A DNA stretch of 64,000 nucleotides from Chrysomallon squamiferum (taxonomy: Eukaryota; Animalia; Mollusca), in contig CM022670.1 of NCBI GenBank assembly GCA_012295275.1, forward strand, positions 39,308,001-39,372,000, read 5' to 3'. Below, in pieces: positions 32,505 through 44,800 of the stretch; the first letter of the stretch is position 1; each line of letters starts with the position of its first letter. The translations under genes were made by a program, and so were the position numbers. The notes under the pieces were generated by a model. It was not told the origin of the DNA and did not search any database. It saw only the letters and a list, made by a program, of their open reading frames with translations.

Positions 32505-33357
32505 AACAAATAAAATAAATAATAATAATAATAATAACAACAAATAAATAAAAAAAATAAAAAAAAAAATAACAAATAAATAATATAATAAACATAATTT
32601 AAAAAATATATAAATTAATGAAAACTAGAATGGTTTACTTTAACTATAATTTGATGCAAAGCAAGAGCTGATGTTGTTCTTGTATCAATTGATGTAAAGC
32701 ACTTGGTGTTACTGTACAGTGTATTCTGTTCTGAGAATGTACAAATTATCATTAGTTTACCCAAGACTTTCAAAAACTGTTCTGTAGTCTATGAGCCTTC
32801 AAAACAGTTTTATATCCTGGCTCGAAAGCACCTGGCTTTTCACAAAATCCAGCAAGAATTTACTTTACAGCAAAAAATCTTGTAATCAGAAATTATCTTG
32901 AAAGTTTTTGAAAATGAAGATATCAGAGGTATATATTCTTCTTTTTTCTTATTTTGTTATGTATGTATTTATTTATTTATATTATTAATTAATTGATTAA
33001 TTAATTTAATATTTATTGTTATTAATTAATTAATGAATTATTATTATTATTAATTAATTAATTTATATATTGGTTTGTATGTGTTCAGATTGAAATGTAT
33101 TTGGAGTATCTGAAATTTGATTAAATATATAAATAAACTGAAAAGCAGTACATACTTTAACATTAGGTATGTTGTTAGGAATAGGACACAGAACGTACAT
33201 GTTAAATCATAATATCATTGCATCTGTTTTCCAATTTATTATTAAAACATGTAGGTGAAAATGTGTGTGTGTGTGTGTGTGTGTGTTTATGTTTATGGGT
33301 GTTATGAAAAATCTGTATATCTTTCCATAGATATTTCATAAAACCCACAAACACAGA

Positions 33358-33394
<37 letters not shown>

Positions 33395-35850
33395 TTTCCT
33401 TTTTGCTACAACAGTTGTCTATGGAGAAATGAAGCAGCTTTATTCTCTCATTGTCATCAAAAACACAACAACAACAACAACAACAACAAAAAAAACCCAC
33501 TTAATTTTTAACCATATTATATTGATTACAGAGAAACATGAATAGGTGTTGCTAAACAAATGTTCATTCATTCAGGTTGAGTTTTAATTAGAAAACCTCA
33601 CAGCAGGTACCATGTAATACACACATTAAACACAGCATTGTGTATTTCAGATCACACTTCCACGGATTAGTAAAGGAAAGAAAGTACCTAATAACCTGAC
33701 ACAGCTTTAAAGATTTAATCTTCACTGCTTCCATCTTTTGTGTGAAATTTTCATACTGACACCACTTTTTTATGTTTAAACTTTCATGCTTTTGCCATCT
33801 TTTGTAGTTAACTTTCATACTGTTGCTATCTTTTGGGGTTACACTTTCATGTGGATGCTGTATTTTGTGGTTAAACTTTTCATACTGTTAGTGTCTTTTG
33901 TGGTTGAAACCTTCATACTGTTCCTATCTTTTGTCTTAATCTTTCGTACTGTTGCTATCTTTTGTTTTAATCTTTCATGCTGTTACTGTCTTTTGTGGTT
34001 TGGTTGAAATTTCAGCTTTCCTTGAAGCTGAATGCTAATAACACTGTGGATCAAACTCTGTAATTTATCAAGAAAGGTTTCAACTGAAAATTAAAGGTTA
34101 TCGTGTGTCACAGAGGTCAGGAAGATTTCTCCCAGTCTCAAGGAATTATGGGATTACACTGAATTAAGGAGTCATTTTGATTAAATTATTAGATTAGTGT
34201 TCTGTGATAACCTTTTGAAGAGCTACTACATTATTTTCTAACTTCACAGCTTCGTTAATGTACAGAAACACATACAGGTAATATTAAAATTATTACATCT
34301 TGATTGTGAAATCATTTAAATAATTTGCTAATGTGAAAGGTGGTGTAGGTTTTTAACCTCAATTTGTCAGTGAAAAATTGGAAGTAAATGTTATTACTGT
34401 AACTAATATTTGCAAGAAATTTGAAATTCTTTTTAAACCTATGGTGTTAAAATATTTTAATTATCAGCCTACTATTAGTTTTTTTATTATTTGTTTTCAG
34501 TTTTATTATTTGTTTTCAGTCTTTTATTATTAATATTACTGAATCCAGATTAAATACAGTTTATTGTCACATTCCTGTCTGTTCTGTAGCAAAACATTTT
34601 ATTAGTCTATTGGAGATTTGATCCTGTAGTCTCAAGAGAATGCTCAATTATTAGATAATTTCTGATAGCAATGATATGGTGAACTGCAGAATTTAAATAA
34701 CAAAAAAACAAAAAAAAACTTCTTATTTTAATCTTGTATTTTCTTTGATGATGAAGTTTCTGTTTTTTAACTTAATCATTTTGTCACAGATTTGGTTTTT
34801 ACTTGGCATTCATTCAGCACTGGCATTGGCTAGCATGTTTAAACCTTATTTAACAGAGTGGAATCAAACAAACATGATAACTTTATTTCAGAGTTCTTCA
34901 ATGTTTTTTACACTGCCAACCCGAACAGTTGCATCTTCTTGTACAGCTGCTCGTTTGACACCCAAACAATTCTATCTCATCTCTTGTTTAATTAGTTCTT
35001 CGAGGAAACAGTATAACTTTATTTCAAAGTTTTTACACATCCAGTTTGAACAGTTATATCTCTCCATACAGGGATCTATTTGATACCCAAACAATTCTAT
35101 CTTCACTGCTTTTAAACTACTTTTTAAAAACCCCACAAACAAACAATACAAGGTCTGTAGTCAGAAATCTTACCCTTTAACAAAACATTGCTTTTGTTTT
35201 CTTCTTTTCTTCCTGTTTTTTTTTTAATTTCCAAACAGGACAGAGAAAGTTTTAATGTCCTAGTCAGAAAATATTTCTCTTGAAATACGATCCTGCTTTC
35301 TGTATAGTCTGTTTATAAAACTATTAAACTTTAAAATGTTTGAGGATTAGCAAGAATAGTAAGTGTTATGGGTCTAATAATACTAATGTCTTTATACAGT
35401 TACACTTCCTAATTAATGCTGGGAAGGAAGAAATACAAGGATGTTCACTGTTTTACTTCCACCATTAAAGTGATAACGTCTGCTTCTAACAGAAGCCAAT
35501 TCTGCCGTCTGGTTTAAAAATGACTTTTTTGTAAGATATACATTTCAGCTGCTAATTAAAATCAAAAACAATTTGCTATGGAAATGAATTACACGTGTGT
35601 CTTAAATATCTGACTGAATTCAGAATAATGTTTCCAAGAATAAAATTGGTTATGGGAAGGAGGAGGAAGTAAATTCTGTGAAATGTTTGACTAGTAAAAA
35701 TGGATGTAAAATGAAGGGTTGAGAACTAGAGTAGGTTAACCACAAATACACTCAGTGGCAGATGTCAAAAAAGATTCATCAGAGACAGAATGATCTAATC
35801 CATTTGACTTAAGTTTAACTGTACCTCTACAGTACCTGTGATAAACTTTG

Positions 35851-35898
<48 letters not shown>

Positions 35899-38800
35899 TT
35901 ATTATTATTTTTATTATTGTTATTATTGTTGTTATTATTGTTATTATTTTATCCTTTTAATATCTCCAATCTCCAACACTGATTATATCAAAAACTGTCT
36001 CATTATCTCAATTCTGCATCCAGTTAATGCTTGTTACATCATGTGAATGCCAAGTCAGGAATTTACAAGTGAGTAACACACAGGTATTCATATATAATTA
36101 ATACAACACTGACTAGGTAAGAACTAGTAAGCCTGAGGATTAGTGTGTGTGGTGTTCCTCACTGTGCTAACCAGAGGAAAAATTAACATGGGATGCTGAG
36201 AAGATAATGAAGAAATTCTTCTTTACCTGATAGCCACAAACATAATTCTCTTTTTTCTTTACTGATCTGAAACAACGACAACACAGAACAAATTCTTTAC
36301 TCGATAACCACTAGCAGACATTGTTTTCTTTATTTATTCCTGTTTTAAAAAAAAAAAGCTACCTCTCAGATTCACAGGGTTAAACACAAACATTTCAAAC
36401 AATACAACTTCTCCCTTTCCTCTAAGCAGTTTATTTCCTGGAAACTTTATTATAAATTTAGTCAAAACTATTTAGAACACCTGTAATTCATTACCTTAGT
36501 AAAAAAAACGTTTTTGATTTTTGGCACAGCAATGTGTAATTTCTATCTTGTTGTGTTGTTGTTATTTTAAACAGACCACAGATGTTGGCTTCTGGTGGAA
36601 GCAGAATGGATTACATTGAGGTGGAAATAATCAGAGAAATGCAAGCACCCTTATTTAATCAGTACCTGGGTATAAACAGAGAAATTATAGCAGCAGTTTC
36701 CATTTCTAATAAGTTTAAAATATCTTAAGTCAGTGACTGTAAATACAAACAGGTGTAACTGTTAATGAGTATAATTATATTTAGTTCTTGTTAAAACGTT
36801 CCTGATGGGATGTACACTAATAACCTAAACATTTTTTTTTACTTTGTCTTGTTGTTTTAACATGTCTGTGATGGCTGATACATGTAATAAAGTAAATATT
36901 TAACGAGTATGTGAAGAATTATGGAAGTCTGCCATTTTCTCCTGTCAGCGATTTACACTATGATGATGTAGGTAAACAAACAAATAAATCATTAACAGAT
37001 GTCATATAACTGTTAGCCTTTCTCTTATGTCTTGTTTTTTTTTAAACTTTTTTTTTAAACTTTTTTTGTTTTTTTTTAATACAGCTATTTCCAAAACTCC
37101 ATCCATAGGGCTTATTACGTTTGTTTTGACTTAGGAACTTGGAATCACTGATTGATCTTACTGTAAATGCAATTCTATTCCCATGGCAATCTTAAATGCA
37201 ATCAGCTTTGACCAGCAGTCCATGAGAATCTGGTTTTGAACCTCTGTCTGCTATGCATGTCATATTTGTACCACACATCTGAGATAGAATTTTGCTGTGG
37301 TAGAAGAAATAACAGATAATATACAGGACAGTTTTTTGGTAGCAACACTTTGTGGTATGTGCACAGCACCATACCAAGAACTTTAAAAAAAAATTAAAAT
37401 CTTTTTATTCTGTTTTTTCCTCAGATGTTTTATGAAATAACAATGATAATGATGATAGTAGTAGTAGTAGTAGTAGTAGTAGTTGTCGTAGTAGTAGCAG
37501 TAGTGGTAATGTTGATGACAGAGATGATGATGATCTGCTGTTTAATATTTCATCAAGCACACAACATAATTTTTCAGTTTGGGAATATATTAACTAAAAA
37601 AAAATGCTTATGTAGAAAATGCAAAAAAAACAACGTAGACTATATACAAATTGGTAAAGTTTTAAACTGAAATCATATTTTCTTTCCATAATAAAATAAA
37701 ATCTAAAAAGATGGTTACATTTTGTAAAAATTAAAAATAATAAATAACAAATTTAGAATGTTTTTGTAGTTTTTTTGATACATGAATATCACAAGCCATA
37801 ACAAATAGCCTGTGCTTTTATTTCATTTCATTTGTCACTTCTATTTTGTCATTATAATTTTTTTCTCAGTTTCTAATTAAATCTGAAATTTCAAATTACT
37901 TTTACACATATTTTTATAGCTGTAGGGGAATATTTAAATTAGATGTTTTGATTAAATCAGATAGGTAACATTATGTATTCACATGTGTAGTATAGATACT
38001 GTTCATATTGTGTTTAGTGTTTATGCCTTCTTGATATAAATAAAATGTGGTTGATATGGAGATCACTTGGAATATTTTATCATTTTCATTACAGGGAAAA
38101 TATTTTGTTATATTTTAGGATATTTAAATCAGTAATTTTAATACATTTTTAATTCTAAAGAACATTTATTATTCTGCAAAAAATAATTTTATTGTTATTG
38201 TTTTAAAAAAAAAATACAAAATATAAAAATTACAAAAAATATTATTTTTTATAATTATTTCAATTAATAACTATTTTTAAAAACAGTGAAAAATTAGTGC
38301 ATAAATTCATTTGTTTGAATGCGTTTGTACATATGGTTCTTGCTAAATTGACGTTAAATAAATAAAAAAGATAAGAAATGAATGATAAATAAAAAAAAAA
38401 TAAAAAAAAGAAAGTAAGAATTTTAAGAAGAGTAGCAGTAGTTTCAATTTAGACAGACAAGTCATGGTGACATTTTACAAACTGATAGAATTTCAAAAGT
38501 TTCTTAATATCTTAACCAGAAATACACTGAGTGTGATTCTTATTTGTGTTTGTGTTCTGGAAGACATAGTTATTAAATTTGGATTTCTTGTTGGCAGTAT
38601 GTGCTCAAATAATCCAAATAGGATTTTTCTATTTTCTTTTTTTTGCAGATTGGCAGTATTTACCGAAATGAATAGCATTTCTTTCTTCTTTTCTTTTTTT
38701 TCTTTTTTTTTTTATATATCATCTGTATTTTTCTTCATCTTTTTTTACTGGCACAGTTTGCTGAAATAATAGAAGTAGCATTTTTTCCCCCCCATTTTTA

Positions 38801-41800
38801 CAGTAGTTGTTGAAATAATATAAAGTGTGTTTATTTTCAGGTTACCTGGTGATTAGTGATGATAACATGTTTGAAACAACCAGCAATGCTACCAAGTCAA
38901 TTCTACACCAGCGACAGCTTCTAACAGACATGAGTAAGTAAAACATATGTAAAACTCTAGTAACTACTCTCTAGTGACTAATGCTATCACAACAAGGTGT
39001 TCATTACACTTGTCTTACATACAATGAAATAGTACTTATTGATGTCTATGCATTATTAAAGGGTGTAACTTGTGTGGTGTGGGAATACAGAATTTCAGCT
39101 CAATTTTCGTGTTGCTAGATTGTATGATGAAACTAAATGATTTCAGGAGTTGATATCTCAGTGTGTGTGTGTGTGTGTATGTTATGGTGTCATGCTGAAT
39201 TTGGTTCACAAATCAAAATGTGTTTATAACAGAAAATATATAAGTACACATATGCATTTTCTTTTCAGTTAACATACATGTACATGCACTTTTATTGAAT
39301 TTTTAATTTTTTTTTTTTTTTTTTTTTTAAATATTAAAGATATTTATTTAGTCTTACCTGAAGTAACCTTTTTCTACATACTTAAATAAACGTACTTCTT
39401 AGTGGACTTTTGTAAAGCGTTTTTCCTGCCTTCTCAGTTTAACTGGAATCAGACACACTTCAGACTTAATTTACTTTAATAATCTGCATTGTCTTCTTAA
39501 ACGGCCACTCGTTCAAACTTTCACTTCATTTCTGTGGTGAAGACATTGACTTTGAGTTTCTCCATCATCAAGGTGATAATAAACCTGCCCATTGATTTTA
39601 ATGTAAGCACTGGTGACTAACCGATTAAGTTCGCACACTCTCTGCACGACTTGTCAAGTCCAGGAAGCCTGAAAGATTTGGATTCCTACTCTCATTTATT
39701 ATAGCCTCTAGTTATTGGTTGGAGCCTTTCATTTCCCACTAATAAATCTCAAACCAAGAGAAGCATGTCTAAATCTTCATGCCCCCACTCTCAGTTAATG
39801 TGACAGCAAGATGATGACTTTGTGTTGTTTGGTGTGATCATTATCGCTACAACAATAACGTGGCTTATACCTTTCAGGGTTGATTTTTTTTCATGAACTA
39901 AGATGGTTGATACCTTTAAATGTTTGGGTTTTTTAAAATAATGATAGTATATGACTATCAAGGCAAGAATGATTTTCATGAAATATGATGGTTGATAGCT
40001 TTAAATGTATTTTTTTTTTTTTTTTTTTTTTTGAAAATGACAATACATGACAATAAGGCAAGAATGTATTTGTTTTTCTTATAACATAACAATACATGAT
40101 TATTAAGGCAAGAATGATTTTCATGAAATATGATGGTTGATAGCTTTAAATGTATGTTTTTTTTTTTTTTTTAATTGAAAAATGACAATACATGACAATA
40201 AGGCAAGAATGTATTTGTTTTTCTTATAACATAACAATACATGATTATTAAGGCAAGAATGATTTTCATGAAATATGATGGTTGATAGCTTTAAATGTTT
40301 TTTTTTTTTTTTTTTGAAAAATGACAATACATGACTATTAAGGCAAGAATGATTTTTGTGAAATTAGAAGGTTGATACATTTAAATGGTTTTTTTTTTTT
40401 TTTTTTTTTTTTCATAACATGACAATAAGGCAAGAATGATTTTCATGAAATAAGATGGTTGATACCTTTAAATGTTTTTATTTCATAACATGACAATACA
40501 TGACCATTAAGGCAAGAATGATTTTCATGAAATAAGATGGTTGATACCCTAAAATGTATTAGTTTTTCTTATTTCATGATAATACATGATTATTAAGGCA
40601 AGAATGATTTTTAAGAAATACGATAGTTGATACCTTTAAATGTTGCTTTTTTTTTTTTTTTTTTTTTTAATAATGATAATACATGACTATTAAGGCAACA
40701 ATGATTTTTGTGATATAGCATGGCTTATAATGATTTTTTTTCCCACTACATCATAATACTTTGGCTGTTACAGTAAGAACTATTTTCACAAAAGAAAAAT
40801 TGTTGATCCCTTTAAATGATTTTCTTGAAAAAACAAATTATGTTCTTCAGTTTTTCATAAAATAATATAATTTTTATGGCATTGATTTCCATGAAATAAC
40901 CATAGCTTAAGTTTTTGAATGTTTCATTTTTAACAGAATGATTTTCATTTTTCTTGAACAAATCATTATCATATAGTTATTATGTTGACATGATTATTAT
41001 GACAACAATGAATTTCTGTAAACTAATATTGATTATATCGTTGAATTTTTGCCAAACTACTTAATTATTAGTTTTAATTTGGTTGTTGTAGCAGTAGTAA
41101 TTTCTATGAAATAACTTTGTCCCTTTAAATATTTTCATGAAAAGAAGGAATTTTTATTGATTTCTCTTGTGACCTCAATAATTTATATCTTTGATTTTGT
41201 TTCAGTTTCACCAAAATGCATTTTATTGCTTTAAGTTTTCTGATTGTTGTCATTATTTGTTACTGTTTATATGATCAATATAAACAACAATTTCTGTTAA
41301 ATAATTCAGTCTGTCTTTGAAATTTGTCATGTTGCCAAAACACAGAGTTTTCAAGTTTTGATCTAATAATGATGGCAATATTATCACTATGAAATATTTT
41401 GGAATATCAGCTATATAAAAGCCACCTAAAATAAATTATGTAAAAAATAAAAAAATAAAAAAAAGATAAAAATAATAATAAAATAAAATAATAAGATGAT
41501 TGATTACATCAGTACATAATTAATTAAATTTTTTTTTTTTTTTTTTTTTTTAAATGATAAAAATAATAATAAAATAAAATAATAAGATGACTGATTACAT
41601 CATTACATAATTAATTCAATAAATTTATAAAAAGTAATTATGAATAACTGTAATTTCTTTAAATATATTTGTAGCTTTAAACATCTCAAAAGAATTTTTT
41701 TTAAATATAACAAAAGCATTTTAAAAAATTTAAAAATTATGAAACACCTGTAAATTTTTCATAACCTATAATTTTTAACAGCCTTTGTTAATTTTTTTTT

Positions 41801-44800
41801 ATAAATAACAGTAAAATTTTCTCAAGAGCTTTTGAATAAACTAGTGAATAGCTGGGTTAAAACTCTTTGTGAAAAAATATGAATAAATGTAAATGTCTTG
41901 CCCAGTGCACCGAATGCTAGCATGATGTGAATACTGAACAGAATAATTCAATTCGTTTTCCAGGGGCTCAGAACTATGATGTCATCCGGTTTGCAACGTA
42001 CCGAACTGCCTGCAAATTACGCTTCATTCAGAAAAAGACTAATTGTGAGTCACTTTGAACTGGTGATGTTGTTGTCCAATCACATTGTGAAGAGAAAACA
42101 TTAGTACAAGAAGCAGTCTATAAAAATATGGTTTCAGAAATAGAAATGTTTGGGTTTTCTTACAGAATTGTAATCAGATTGGTTTTCTCTGTTAAATAAT
42201 AGTGATTGTTTCTTTTATCTCTTTTTTATTTTGTATATTTATATATATATATATATATTTAACTGTTTTACTTTTCTCAAAAAATAAAAAAAAAAAAAGG
42301 TCATATTTTATTATTGAAAATAAAATGAAATGTTACCTTAATAATCTTAATAGTATGATAGAAAAAATTTCAGTTAACAGATTAAATATAAATGTATATT
42401 TACATCAGTTATTGCTATTGAATTGATCTTTGGAGATTCTGTTTTGCTCTTATGGAATCATTAAATTCAAACTGGGAATTCTTATGACTATTTTTGAAGG
42501 AGTATTTAATATAAAAAAATATCATAGATATGAGATAAAAAATAAAATTATTTAAGTAATAAAAATTAATTTCTCTTGAAACATATACAAATGCAAAAAC
42601 ATATACATATACATATATATATATATATATATAAATACAATATATATATATACTTACCAACTTGGGATTTAATTTTTTATTTCAGTACATCTAGTAGATA
42701 TCTGGAATGTGATTGAGGCATTTCGTGAGAATGGTCTCAACATGGTGGAGTCGGGCTTTGAGCTGAATTCCTCCAGAATAGAATCTCTGTTGACAACCAT
42801 CTTCACACAGCTCAACAAGCGTCTGCCCATCAACCAGCAGATTGACGCTGACCGCTCTGCAGGGTTGCTGCTCAACTGGTTATTAAGTGCCTATGACAGG
42901 TCAGTTTTTAACTGTGTATTAAGTGCCTATGACAGGTCAGTTTTTAACAGTGTATTTAGTATCTATGACAGGTCAGTTTTTAACAGTGTATTCAGTGTCT
43001 ATGACAGGTCAGTTTTTAACAGTGTATTCAGTGCCTATGACAGGTCAGTTTTTAACAGTGTATTCAGTGCCTATGACAGGTCAGTTTTAACAGTATTCAG
43101 TATCTATGACAGGTCAGTTTTAACTGTATTCAGTGTCTGTGCCAGGTCAGTTTTAACAGTGTATTCAGTGCCTATGACAGGTCAGTTTTTAACAGTATTC
43201 AGTGTCTATGACAGGTCAGTTTTAACAGTATTCAGTGACTATGACAGGTCAGTTTTAACAGTATTCAGTGTCTATGACAGGTCAGTTTTAACAGTATTCA
43301 GTGCCTATGACAGGTCAGTTTTATACAGTGTATTCAGTGCCTATGACAGGTCAGTTTTTAACAGTGTATTCAGTGCCTATGTCAGGTCACTTTTTAACAG
43401 TGTATTCAGTGCCTATGACAGGTCAGTTTTTAACTGTATTCAGTGTCTATGACAGGTCAGTTTTTAACTGTATTCAGTGCCTACGACAGGTCAGTTTTTA
43501 ACTGTATTCAGTGCCTATGACAGGTTAGTTTTAACTGTATTCAGTGCCTTGACAGGTCCATTTTAACTGTATTCAGTGCCTATGACAGGTTAGTTTTAAC
43601 AGTGCATTTAGTGTCTCTGACAGGTCATTTTTTAACAGTGTATTCAGTGTCTAAAACAGGTCAGTTTTTAACAGTGTATTCAGTGCCTATGTCGGGTCAC
43701 TTTTTAACAGTGTATTCAGTGTCTATGACAGGTCAGTTTTAACTGTATTCAGTGTCTATGTCAGCTCAGTTTTTAACTGTGTACTCAGTGTCTCTGACAG
43801 GTCAGTTTTTAACAGTGTATTCAGTGTATGTCAGCTCAGTTTTTAACAGTGTATTCAATGCCTATGACAGGTCAGTTTTTAACAGTGTATTCAGTGTCTA
43901 TGACAGGTCAGTTTTTAACAGTGTATTCAGTGCCTATGACAGGTCAGTTTTTAACAGTGTATTCAGTGCCTATGACAGGTCAGTTTTAACAGTATTCAGT
44001 ATCTATGACAGGTCAGCTTTAACTGTATTCAGTGCCTATGACAGGTCAGTTTTTAACAGTGTATTCAGTGCCTATGACAGGTCAGTTTTAACAGTATTCA
44101 GTATCTATGACAGGTCAGTTTTAACTGTATTCAGTGTCTGTGCCAGGTCAGTTTTAACAGTGTATTCAGTGCCTATGACAGGTCAGTTTTTAACAGTATT
44201 CAGTGTCTATGACAGGTCAGTTTTAACAGTATTCAGTGACTATGATAGGTCAGTTTTAACAGTATTCAGTGTCTATGACAGGTCAGTTTTAACAGTATTC
44301 AGTGCCTATGACAGGTCAGTTTTAACAGTGTATTCAGTGCCTATGACAGGTCAGTTTTATACAGTGTATTCAGTGCCTATGACAGGTCAGTTTTAACAGT
44401 GTATTCAGTGCCTATGACAGGTCAGTTTTTAACAGTGTATTCAGTGCCTATGTCAGGTCACTTTTTAACAGTGTATTCAGTGCCTATGACAGGTCAGTTT
44501 TAACAGTGTATTCAGTGCTTATGACAGGTCAGTTTTTAACAGTGTTCAGTGTCTCTGACAGGTCAGTTTTTAACTGTATTCAGTGTCTATGACAGGTCAG
44601 TTTTTAACTGTATTCAGTGCCTACGACAGGTCAGTTTTTAACTGTATTCAGTGCCTATGACAGGTTAGTTTTAACTGTATTCAGTGCCTTGACAGGTCCA
44701 TTTTAACTGTATTCAGTGCCTATGACAGGTTAGTTTTAACAGTGCATTTAGTGTCTCTGACAGGTCATTTTTTAACAGTGTATTCAGTGTCTAAAACAGG

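Noticed and set aside
43752-44396. 214-aa repetitive ORF as a separate gene
   Set aside because: It is just the translation of the minisatellite, starts at a non-ATG codon, and has no independent gene structure.
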